DNA of 64,000 nucleotides from Chrysomallon squamiferum. Taxonomy: Eukaryota; Animalia; Mollusca. Made by a program: the position numbers and the translations under genes. The DNA is taken from assembly GCA_012295275.1 (NCBI GenBank), contig CM022665.1, positions 35,712,001 to 35,776,000 of the forward strand, in the 5' to 3' direction. The first letter of the stretch is position 1. Every line of letters starts with the position of its first letter. Of the stretch, positions 51,749 through 64,000 are shown one piece after another. The notes under the pieces are model-generated. The model was given only the letters and a program-made list of their open reading frames with translations, ran no database searches and was not told the DNA's origin.

Positions 51749-53914
51749 GTTGTTTTATGCACATCACTGTATGTGCTTATATATGTTTGAGTCTGTGTAA
51801 TTATAGATGCATACAGAGAATCATGTAAGAAATATTTGTTGCATGTAACAACTGTTTTCTTAAAATGCTAATGACAGCAAGGTATGCTGTTGTTAACTGC
51901 TGTTATTAATAGAGTTGTGTCTTATTTTTGCATATATAAAATGAAATTTTTATGTACTATTGTACACAAGTGTAATCATTTATTTTTTAAAGACAGTAAC
52001 TGTAATAAATGATTTAAAAAGGAAAAGAAAAAAAGATTTATATACATAGTGTCATAGTTGTTTTTTTAAATATTAAAATACCTGTTCTGAAGTGAGATCA
52101 CTAATGGTGTAGTTAGACAGCAGGTGCATAGATTCTATACGGCGATGTAGTTGTTCACCAGGTATACGTCGATGTGCCAGCAGCTTTGACAGTGTCTCCA
52201 TCTGCAGAGACAGACATGAAAGGAAATAATTTCATTAATAATGATATCTAAATTCATACATGATTATGCATGATAATTACTAAGAAATAAACCAAATGTT
52301 TTAGAACAATTTAATATTACTTCACTGGAATCTTGATTTTTATTTAGTACTGGTATTTATATAGAGACATACTAAAAGAGACATACAATATGCAACACAA
52401 TATGGCTGCTTTCTGTCTACTGAATGAAAGCATACATTAACACAGAAAGAACAAAAGAGATAAAGCATTTTAATATATACTACATTCATGAATAAATAAC
52501 CAAAGTAACCCACAGAATATTATAGTGAACAATAACTAAAGATAATACATTTACCAGTAATGTAGTTGAAATACATATATAATAAATTAATTTCTTGGCC
52601 AAGTTAATCTATGTAACTCAGTAGTAAAGAGCTATGGTTTAAGATGTGGTATTCCTGTTCTAACCAGTCCTCAAGGACAAGGTTTTAGTTAAAAAGAAGG
52701 TACATATTAAAGATCCCTTGCTGTTAACTGATCAATTTGTCAATAAGAAACAGAAAAATGAAAAATATATAACACTGTTAATATTAAAAGATATAATCAA
52801 AGTTATTATTTTATTATATCGGCCTTAATACAAAATATCACAAAATTCACACACTAATCAGTAGATTTCTTATTTATTTATTTATTTTTTTGATCTATAT
52901 TATTTAATATATAAAAAAAAGAATCATGAGTCTTTTATTTCAGATAAGATAGGGAAATAGAGATATGTGAAAAAGGTCAACATTACTTTTTTCATTTGAG
53001 TCATCTTTTTTTTTTAAAAAGATTGATACTAAAAGAAAAAAGATGATAAAAAGTAACAAAGGAAATTAATGACTTTTCTTTCTGTAGTAATATTTTGAGA
53101 ATAAAGACCAAAAAACATAAAAATTCCAAACCAAATAAAAAAACCCTCAAAAACAATTAAAAAAAACAAAATAATGACATATGCTCAGTGACATCATAAG
53201 ATACGTACACACACACACACACACATTCAAAAATAAACACATATAAACATATGTACACATAAATTAACACAGAGACATTACAAAACCAGACATTTAATTT
53301 GTTTTTGAAGATACAAATTACTGATATGTAAGTTTTAATATAAATTCAGATTTTTGCTATCTATTATTATAAATATACACAAATCTTCTTAATACAAAGT
53401 CTTTAACTTTACACATAAAGAGCTGAAGAAAAACTAGTGACTATTACATAGCATAGGCCTACATCTCATTAATTCTGATTTATTTTAAATACCTGAGAAA
53501 TAGTAACTGCAGTTATTATGGTTTCAGAATTTAAATATTTTTCAGGGGGTGGGGTTGTTTCTTATTTGAAAAAAGAAATGCAGTCATTTACAAAAGAACA
53601 AAGAATTCTTGAAAAACAACTGAGCTAAACATTTGAAAATAATTATTTTCAAACACAAGAGTTGGTATGATACAGTAAATTTGTTTGGCTATAAATGATA
53701 ATTAGTTTTCAAAAAAATAAAAATGATAAATTTGTTTAAATATTGTTATGGAAAAACATACATCATTATATTTATATAATTAATTTCAAGTGATTTTCTT
53801 ATTTGTTTATTGCTAACAGCAAAGAAAGTCAAAATATATAACAAGTCTGTGAAAAAACATGGGCCCTGCCATTATTCATTCTTTCTCTAGAATGTTTTAT
53901 CAGCTGTAGAAATG

Positions 53915-53958
<44 letters not shown>

Positions 53959-56900
53959 CAAATAAATAAATAAGTAAATAACAAATAAGTATAAATCAAA
54001 TAAAAAAAATTATATAAAAATAATAAAAATATAAAAGAACAACAACAGTAACAACCCCAAAACAGCATATGGTTAATTGATAAAGACAAACTTATCAGTG
54101 ATTTATGTGCTGATAACAAAAGTAAACAATTATTAATATCAAGAGTTATTTAATCTTTGACAAAGCTGCCCTGTTATTAGTAAATCCTGATAACATAAAA
54201 CCCTACGAAAAAACCTTCCACAATCACTTAAAAACAAAAATCGTTGATGCCATTACATGTACTGTTTAACTGTGGATAATACACGATTAATAATAATAAA
54301 ATGATTATGAAAATGTCATGGTCAAGTTAACAATTTCTTTGACATACAAATACTTCAAACGTAATATTGATTTATTTTCCATTATCACCTATTGTATATA
54401 AAAAATTAGACATTTCTGCAGAAAGCCACGTCATTGTTGTATTAGCAACAATTTTAAAAACCTTCCCAGTGAGTGGAATGATAATTTCATGTAAGGTACC
54501 AGGTGGAATGGGAAATATCAGTGTGTTGATCAATGTAAAATCAGTTAATAAAATGTTGTTAACATGAACTAAATTAATACTGGTCATTACAGTTTCCAGC
54601 TCATCTAATAAGCCAGATATTAAACACTGACCGATAGATTTAACTTAACAGAACTGAAAACAAGTAAGTGTATTAGTTGTCACTGTGATAATTATGGGAA
54701 AAGTGACAGAGTCCTGAATGGGCTGCAGTGCTGATTAATTGTATGTATATGGAGAGAGAGAGTGAGAGAGAGAGAAAAAAAAATAAATAAAAAAAAATAT
54801 TAATAAAAACAAAAAATAACAAAAAAATAACAGAAATATAATAACAAAGCCAATGAAAATGATGATGATGGTGATAATAATAATCATAGTAACAATAATA
54901 ATAATGATAAGATGAAGATGAAGTAGAAGGAAAACAACAACACGTACATATAACAATTCTAATTTTAATACCTGGTAACCATCAAGTAATAATTATTATA
55001 AATGGTTAAAAGAAAAACAACAACAAAAACCCTCGCTAAAACAAATGTAGAGTAACTTGTCCACAATTATGATGAAACATAAAACCAGTGATGTAAATAT
55101 AGTTGATAATAAACACCAGGGATTCTCAAGTGTAAATACACTGTAACCATTGCTACATGATAAAATTAATATCATGGCAATAAATTTCCTAGATTATGAC
55201 AGATCAAAAAGCAGGCAATATGAGAAGAAGACTAAACAGTGTTTTCAGAACATGAGGCTATGAAGGGTTATGGAGAGCAGTAACCATTAGAGAATAATAA
55301 AATTAATTTCCAGTGAAAGAAGAATTTTTAAATTTTTTTCCAGAATTGTGTGATACATAAATAACACTTGTCAAGAAAATATAAAGTTTGATATGCATGG
55401 TAAAATGATTTGAAAAAAAAAAAAATAAATACTTGAAATAATAATGAAATAAGTGCCTGTGTTATGTTTAAATATCAACTGTATGAAGGATAATTATGGT
55501 AAGGTATTCTGTCAAATCATTCAACACAATTTTGAAAGAAAAATGCATGGCACTAGGTTGGAGAGGAAAGTTGAAGGAAAAAAATGAATGAATAAATAAA
55601 ATTTAATATTTAATGAAATGTTGAATTCCAAAGTCTGAATTAGTTTATTCATTAGCAATATAACAAATGCAGAATTAAAAAAAAAATGATAAATATGAAC
55701 TACATTAATCTACAGTTTAAAAGAGAGCCATCACTGCCAGTCTGATAGAAAACAGATAATAGATGTCATGACTTTATAACACCACGCTGTAAAGGGAGGA
55801 TGCATTCTCTGATCCAGTGTGCAGCATGGGAAATAATTCACAGTAACTGGACAAAACTAAAACCATCAATCAAACCAACCTCACCTGGCTCTGGTTTTAC
55901 CACCAAGAACATTAGCAATCAATAAAAACTGAAAAAAATAACAACAACACAGCAATATCTTTCTAAATCACTAACGAAACATATGCCATTTGGCACTTAA
56001 AGCAAACAGAGAATATTTAAATATTTTATTACCCTGTGGTAGGCAAACACCAGCAGTTACTGTGTATCCTTTTTAATGAGGACTGGCAGTGTATCAATAA
56101 TCTCACTTAGAAAACTAAATATTGTGACTGGACTTCTAATCATGGTAATGAATATTTATTTATTATTAATTACAGAGAGAAATAAACTAATTAATTTTAT
56201 AATAAGGCTGATAATATTTATGATAAAATTAACAGTTGCAGGAGATATGTATTTAATAAGTGCTTGGCCCATTACCTAAATTAACATTTTTTTAGCTGGT
56301 ATCAGAGAGTAAAAATAATGCAGAATCCCTTTCTGTCTCTTCCCCTCCCTGATCTCTCTTTATCTCCCCTTCTCTCTCTTTTTCTCTTAAAAATTTCTAC
56401 TAATCAGTCCATAGTTTAATGTTACAAATATTTTTAAACCTTAATTAATTAATAATGTTATGATTAAAACAGCAATAAAATGGTAATTCTTGCTGGTATT
56501 TTATGGCATAACTATAATCTAAACTTGGCAAAAGGTAATAAGAATGTATATACAGTTAATTACCACAAGGCCAGTTGTTTATGATTAGGCCCTTGGAATG
56601 ACTGAGAACTACATAAACAACTGCACCAACAGCCAAAATTGTACTTAAAGTTCTGAAAACCTAAAGCAAAATCATTCAAATACCATGCCACTATTATTTT
56701 TTGCATAGTTTGTATTAAGTTATAGAATTAAATGTCACAACCAAGATATCCCAGTTGAATAAAATATCCAAACATTCTTTTATTTATTAAATATTCCTCT
56801 ATGACCAAAAAATCTAGACATAATGATCCATTTAGATTAACGCATAAATAATCAAATAGTCAAACTTAAAAATCATTATAAAATCAAATATTCAAATAAT

Positions 56901-58467
56901 AATGAATTTCCATATCTATATTTAAAGATAATTATAATTTATAGTATCAAAAAACAAAATACTATTCTTTTAGAATGAAATAGTAATATACCAATCTGTA
57001 TTTTGTTAAAAAGCACTGAATAATCATAGATCAAATACACAATTATTTCATGTCTAGAAACATTAACCAACTCACTCATCACCAGAAATATGATTCTAGT
57101 TTGGGATGTGATATACAAAATCATTTGGCATGTCAAACCAGTCTGTGTTAGACAGTCTGTTTGTTATTCTAATGAACACTGGAAAATCACCATAAATATT
57201 AATGTTTATTTCAATGGCAATAGTTTAGTTTCATTGTCCTGTCACACAAAAATAGTTTTATATCAGTTTTTATTCTCAGTTTCACATATTTCATGCACTA
57301 AATCATAGTTCTAGCATCTAATATGTTGAATTTGTTAAGCAAAAAGAAAGGAAAATTTAACCTCAGTTTAAAAGTACACTTATTTGCTTCTAACCAAATA
57401 AAGGTAATTTATGTATGCCTGTGTGTGTGTAACAAATTATTTGTATTTTATTGTCAAATAATGATTTATTAACACAAATTTTATATAGAAAATTAAATTC
57501 CATGGCAGTAATAATGCCCAAGTTGTTTCTGAACCTCAGGATATGTCCCACATTATTTACAATTTGTAGAAACTGTCACACATAATATTATAATGACATT
57601 CAGTAAGCTTTAAGATAAAACTCATGTATTCAGGTTGTCAGTTATGCAATAATGTAGTGAAGAATGTTCTCGTTCTGTCAATCAAAATACCAGTAATCCA
57701 CAAATGTATACATATGAGCTTACAGCTAACATATATTTAATGTGTATCTAACATACTTAGGCAGAAACAGACAGCTGAAAAACATTTTGATCTTTATACT
57801 GAGTAAACTTTTGGTGGATTATTTTATTTATGGCTGAACATTGGCCTATGCTGATAATAAAGAAATAATTTTGTATTATTACTTTGTCAATAGAAAAGTA
57901 AAAAGCAAAGCCTGATCTAAACATCGGTTTTACAATGATTTATTCTTTAATAGTAAAGATAAACAAGGAAAAATTAATAAATCATTGGCAAAGCTTTCTG
58001 TATCTGTCAGTCTGCATTTACTTTTCCATTTAAAATATATTTCTGTATATAGTGTATGGACATAAAAAAAAAGGAAAACAAGAATCTCTGTGCATATCGT
58101 CAGGTTCACAATTATATTGTGATACTTTGTTATTAGTAAACATTGGTGGCCAGTAACAAATAAAATAACATGTATTTAAGTTTTTTATTTGTACAGCTGC
58201 AAATACTTTTTAAGCGATATTGTATTCAAATAAGCTTTATGATGAGATTAAATGTATTCACATTGTCAGATCTGTTGTAATCTGCTGTTGGGATTTTCCT
58301 AATTCTGTCAGTCAAAAAAACCCACTGATCCACAAATTCTGACAGGTAAGCTTAAAGATGAATCATGTTTTAGTTAGCACTAGTGTAAAAGGGTGAGAAA
58401 ATGGCTTTGAAAAAGTAAATATATAAAAGGAAGGAATGAAATAATAAAAACAGGAATTTTTAAAAAA

Positions 58468-58506
<39 letters not shown>

Positions 58507-61500
58507 ACAAACATAAAGAATAAAATAGCAAAACAAAAATATTATAATATCTATTATTTGGCAAAACAAAATATTGGTTATAATACAAAATGTGTTACTT
58601 TATTAACTTTTCTAGAATTATGGCCTTTGATAATTCATGGCTGGAATGGGAAACAGGTGTGTGCCCTAACCAATGAACTACCAGACCACCCTTGTAATAT
58701 TGAATATACATTAATAAACCATTAACCTATAGAGCAAGTTATTTTGTAAATAACACACTGTTACATATATATATATAAAAAATACCGAATGCATTTAAAA
58801 ATTAATAATAATAAAAAATAAAAAATAAAAAACACCACAAAACTATCTATAGATTGAAATTAAAATTAACATACTGACTTCTAAAGCATTAAACAAAATA
58901 AAATAAATAATAATGATAATAAAAAAGAAATTGCTTTTGCCTATAAAATGAAAATGTTTCAAAAATAAAATATAATTTTGTTAATGAAAAATCATATTCA
59001 TCCTCTTTAGCTTTAATTATTGACATTTTTCTATTAAAAACACCATTAACTAATTAATTACTACATTACTGTTACAGAGTGCATCATTGATGGTAGACTA
59101 TGTAATATGCTTATTTTTATAGAATGATGAAAGCAGATTAGAAAATAAATAAATAAAAGTTAACCTAGATGAAAATGTTATGTCAAAGGAAAATATCAAA
59201 TAATGTACATTATTAACATTATATAAGATAATTACACATGTAATATTTTTTTTTCAAGGATTATTAAAGCAAACCAGAAAACAAATATAAAATAATAATA
59301 ATGATAATAATAATAATAAGAAGAAGAAGAAGAAGACGAAGAAGTAAATAAATAAAATATTGCTAAGATAAATAATATTATTATTAGTAGTAGTAGTTGT
59401 AGCAGCAGCATCAGGAGCAGCAGCAGCAGCAGTTGTAGTTGTAGTAGTAGTAGTAGAAGTAATAGTGGCAAATAGTTTGTAGAATAGATATTTAAAATAA
59501 TTTAAAAATGTTCTTACCTGGAAAATAAAATCTTTAGTAATAACTTCTGGATTTGGAAGCACTGAGCGGTCAGATATCACAGACATTCGTATTTGATCGC
59601 CATAAGTAAGAAATGAGACAGCCAGTGTAATCTGGTCCATGGGAGGGAGCCAGTACATGATACACTTGATTTCATGTGAGGCAAACCTCAGCGTTGTTTC
59701 TGGTCCTGCCAGATTGGAAATCAAGCATGTAGTTTTTCCATAGATATGACCCCACAGTTTATTGTACACACATTTTGGTAAGATGGCACTGGTAAACCAC
59801 ATGGCTCCTTTAACAACTGCTGCTTCAGGAGACTGTTTGAACTCATCCATTTTAGTTTTGACACCCCACAGTCGAGGAATAGCACCTTCTACATTAGTGA
59901 GAAGAGGCAACACTGCCAGAGTGTATTTGTTGGCCATGTCTGAAACACTGGAGGAGCCGCTATGAAAATCTATTGGAATGGCACACTTTAGATTGAATGG
60001 GTTGTTGATTCCATTGATCTGCATGTATGTTCTGATGTTGCCTGCTGTCACTGCCATAAACAGTTCATTAAGTGTACACCTGGCCACCTGTTTAATTCTT
60101 GTGGCTGCTCGGATGCTGAATGGAGCTGACCAAGCTATTGCCATTTCACCAGAAGGGTGTACATGATTCCCATGGAGAAGATTAAAGTCATTCTTCAGAC
60201 ATAAGTACTTGTAACAAAACAGCAGAGGCCCAAAGAAAAATGCCCTGAAAGTGCCCAAGAAAGCTGGGCCTATGCCTCTATGAAATGGGCGAGGCACAAC
60301 ATCCTGTGAGTCTACCAAAGCCTGCTGAAGAATTCTTATCATAGAGACTCCATCTGTCATGCAAGGATGCATTCTGAACAGAAGAACTGTATCTCTTTGT
60401 GGGCCAAAGTTTTGGTAAATTTGAATATCCCATAGTGGGTATTCCATGGGCAGAGGATGTGATGCCATTTCAGCGATGTATTCTTGCAGGTCTTCCAGCG
60501 ACCGAAGATGCAGAGATATATCAAATATGTGATTGCTGATAATAAAGCGTCTATCATTAACCCATGCATACCCACAACAGAAGGACACAATTCTCTGAGT
60601 AAAGCGAGGATAGAGTCTGTTTCCTCGCCTGTCCTCTGCAGAAATAAGCCTTGCATTTATGAGATCACGTATCCTATCAATATCCAGTCCATGTTGCAGA
60701 ATCACCAGACTCTGAACCACTGGGCAACTGCTGGATGATTTCTGCAGCCACAACTGTTCAGTCTGTGACACATGCTCTGTGCAGCAGAAGGTGCAGCAGT
60801 GACCACAGTAACACCAACAGCAACAGATGTCACAGATTCTCTTAAAAAGCAGACACAGTGGCACAAGGACTATGACCAGCACTAGGACTGGACCAAACAT
60901 CAGCAGTGAACCGAGCAACAAAAGCAGAGCTCCAGCACAACTTAAGCAGAGATTTTGACTAGTAAAGTGGACAATCCGCTGATAAGGAGCACTAGGGATG
61001 CTGAGCTGCACCTGGACTCCTTCTGTGGAATGTATTGGTTTGTATGCATGGTCCTCTTTGATGTCTGTTAGGTCTATATGGACTTCATGAGGTCTTGCTG
61101 TAGGGTCTACTGAATCCAAGGACAGTCTGCTGGTTGAGGATGTGGCTTGATTTTTAACAGGCTTTTTTGGTTCATGTCTTGAATGATTGAGTACAGGAAC
61201 ATCTGCATGGACTTCAGGTGGGATTGCACTTTCTAGTATAGTCATCCCATGTTTACTGCTTGCATCTTTTAATGTCTTTTTGCCTGGCTGTTCTGTAATA
61301 ACAGTAAATGATGACTCTTTGTTTGACACTGGTGTTTTCTTCCTTGGTACAGAACCTTGTGAAAAAATGTCATCATTTGCACCAGCTACTGCAGGTTGTT
61401 TAATCTTTGAATTTATCTGTGACTTGTGTGCGTCACTTGATTTCTTTTCAGACAATGTTGAATCAGTGCTAGCACTTTTTACAGGTTTTTTTAATTTTTC

Positions 61501-62274
61501 ATTTGATACATTTTCAATATCATCTCTGAGGCTGCTTTTCCCTTTATGACCTGACTTTTTCTCAGACTTTCCTGCTGGCAGATGTTCACTTGATTGTCTG
61601 ATGCTAACATTAGTATCATTGCTTTTTGTGTGTGACTTATGTTTAATGGGTACTTTCGATTTAGGGCTTGCAGGAAAATGCTCAGCAATAAAATCACTTT
61701 GTGACTTTGGCAGACCTTCAGTTTTTATATTCTTTGGCACACCATACTCCTCACTCCTAGTTATAGTTTTAGCTTTCTGATTGCCTGCAGTTTTGGACTT
61801 CTGTCCAGACTTGTGTGTCCTTGGGTGAGTGTCTGATTTAACTTTGTCACTTGTTGAATCTTTTGTTTTTGTGCTAGGAGCCACATTCTGATCCTTCAGA
61901 CTGTTGGCAGTGTGAGCTGTAGATACTGCTGCATTTGACTGACCTTTTTTACCTTCACCATGTCCAGTAGACAAACTGAGAGAAGACCTTGCTGGAAGAC
62001 TGTTGGTTGTTCTGTGTTCTGGTAAAGATGACTTACTTGAGCTCTGTTTGCTTGCACTGCTGCTGGCTGCTTGAGCAATTGCAAGGAAGCTAAGTCCTTG
62101 TCCTTGACCTTGAGGAAAGCTTGTTGTATGCTTTGAAGGCACAGATACATCATAGATTTTTGACCTCTGTTGTGACCTCTGAGACTGGCTCACCTTGGAG
62201 GTTTGAGATGTATCTGACCGCAATGGCGTGGTCGAGCTGGCATGATGGCTTTCTCGGCCACCACTTCTTTCCAT
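49938..62274 (-). CDS. WS/DGAT-family (wax ester synthase/diacylglycerol O-acyltransferase-like) membrane protein with degenerate catalytic motif, 5 coding exons, 1130 aa
   Basis: Exons (minus): 62274-59518, 52201-52082, 51518-51309, 50870-50694, 50066-49938 (TAA); 3393 nt, all phase 0. WS/DGAT hallmarks: YPRFTQRIV, WVNDRRFIISNHI, LQEYIAEMASHPLPMEYPLWDIQI, LLFRMHPCMTDGVS, IKQVARCTLNELFMAVTAG, ISNLAGP, SFLTYGDQIRMSVISD. In-frame TGA stops upstream of ATG 62274 within the same exon (acceptor before 62310) support this start. Confidence 0.88.
52611..52730 (+). mobile_element. Possible decayed tRNA-derived SINE relic (intronic)
   Basis: A-box-like TGTAACTCAGTAGTAAAGAGC followed by CATATTAAAGATCCCTTGCTGTTAA, which resembles from memory a core segment of gastropod SINEs. 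No clear B box or TSD. Confidence 0.3.
59290..59465. repeat. Compound trinucleotide microsatellite (AAT/AAG/AGT/AGC) at the start of WS/DGAT-like intron 1
   Basis: Direct reading; it accounts for the spurious poly-T/A/N tail of the 1006-aa ORF. Confidence 0.85.
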
Positions 62275-64000
62275 TTGATGGCTGCTTCCATTACATCATC
62301 AGCACTGACACTACAATGAAAATAGAAATAACAATTAATTTGTTTGGGTTAATACTGTTTGTAATTCAGTTACTATTCTGGAAATGAATTATATATGTGA
62401 GTCTCTTCCTGCAGTTTGAGAATAATTCTGAATAAAATGAAATCAAATATAGTGAGCAGAATAATAAAAAATTAGTTGTCATCAGACTTTACATTGTCAA
62501 TACAATCAGCAGATATTTGGCCTGTAGTGTGTTTATACATGTTACTGCAGAAATATTTATCATGCAAAGAAAACAAAACACATTTATACTGAAACATGAA
62601 TTAAAAAGAATTGTATATATTGTATATACTAAGTTTTATAGAAATAATATATTCAGTAGAGATTAGAATAAACTAATAAAACAAAAGAATACATTTACAG
62701 GTTAAGTGTTTTAAGGTATTCTTAGTGTTGGTACTGTTTTGGAGTACACTAAATAATTTTTACACAATTTATGTTATACGAACAGTGAATATTACCTATA
62801 AAAAAAAAATAAAATAAAATAAAAATAAAAAAATAAACTATTAATAATGAAATAAAACTAAATTATGTTTAATATGTTAATAAGTGAACTAATAAAATAT
62901 TAATTTTGAAAACATGAATAAAATTAATGTGTACTCTCTGGTCAGTGTTCATTTTAATTTACATTAAAATAAATGAATGAATAATAAAACAGCTAACATC
63001 TCCTAACATTTTTATATTAAAGGATTATTAGATATGATTCCTACTATTTGTATAATGATAATGTAATGTGAAAAGAATTCTGCTACTGACACTTCATGTC
63101 TTAACATTTAGCAGCAAGAGATCCTGTAAATGCATCTAACCAAAGAGTGGAGAGTACATAGTGTGATATTTTATAAGTCACACAGGGAGCTTTGGCTGAA
63201 ATGGTAAAAAGCCCAATGGGAACATAACACATTATTGATTTTGTGGCCATCACAGTTAAAATCTTATTTAGTTTTCAGTAAGTAAATAACAGATAGATAA
63301 CTAAACTGATACTTATGTTATCTTATTTGAATAACATTTGAACTATGTGTAATCAATCCAGATTAAGAAATACACTGATACTCTGTACATTAAAAAAAAA
63401 AGACCCCCACCCAAAAAAAATAAAATAATATATATGTTGTCATTTTGCGTTTGTTTTCTAAATTTTAAAACCCATAAATCTTTGCATTGTTTCTTCACAA
63501 AAACCACTGGTTATGCCTCTGACTGGAACACATTAATAGAAAATTAAAAAAAAAAAATGTACCTCACAATAAATATTTCTGAATAAAAACCAGTGCATGG
63601 CATATATACATTTTACTATACTTTTACAGTATTATTATTATTTTTTTAATACTTGTGAGAACTGTTAATCTGCTGGGTAGCATCCCTGTCAAGAATATGC
63701 AAAACAGTTTGTTAAATTATATATTTATCCATTGTACTTCTTGCTTTAAGGAAGGTAACTTGAACATTTTTAATGAAATGGAATTTGTAAAAAAAAAAAA
63801 AAATATTTCAAAATTTTAATTGCATTCAAAAATTAAAATAAGTGAAAAGAGATGCACTATTGTGAATTTAAACAATACATCCTTGACCTATTTTTTTTTT
63901 ATTAATGATAAAAAGACACAAGTGGTGGAAATAGTTTTGTTATTTGTCTCAAGGCATGTTAATTTAATTTGTTTTTGTTTTATACGAAACAAAACATATA

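Noticed and set aside
52611-52660. tRNA gene
   Set aside because: Only an A-box-like segment is present; no cloverleaf or B box. At most a SINE relic.
59254-59517. C-terminal ~87 aa of the 1006-aa ORF
   Set aside because: A consensus donor CAG|GTAAG at 59518/59517 and in-phase downstream exons show this is read-through into an intronic microsatellite.
59762-62387. Antisense and alternate-frame ORFs overlapping the large WS/DGAT-like exon
   Set aside because: They are shadow ORFs expected in a relatively GC-rich coding exon and have no recognisable domains.

Overview
Eukaryotic, very AT-rich, microsatellite-rich animal genomic DNA with GT-AG spliceosomal introns. It is probably an invertebrate, plausibly a mollusc or other lophotrochozoan, but that is inference. 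I reconstructed four multi-exon genes by hand with consistent exon phases. (1) An IRAG/LRMP(Jaw1)/MRVI1-family coiled-coil protein ending in a transmembrane helix and KASH-like GMPPV tail (+, about 2.7-13.3 kb, 5' end uncertain). (2) A complete Wee1 kinase (-, 17.9-22.4 kb, 8 coding exons, 552 aa) with a compact E2F/CCAAT/E-box promoter. (3) An uncharacterised tandem-RWD + RING-H2 putative E3 ligase (+, 33.9-40.7 kb, 332 aa). (4) A 1130-aa WS/DGAT-family acyltransferase-like protein (-, 49.9-62.3 kb) whose catalytic HHxxxDG motif reads HPCMTDG, with a long disordered N-terminus, hydrophobic hairpin, Cys cluster and C-terminal coiled coil. Mobile DNA comprises a 2.85-kb internally deleted Sola2-like TIR transposon in an intron, a 459-bp MITE derived from the same family, a small MULE-like MITE and a possible SINE relic. 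There are several tandem repeats and a CpG-retaining intergenic domain at about 22-29.5 kb. I saw no CRISPR arrays, rRNA or intact tRNA genes. All family assignments come from motif recognition; no database searches were run.
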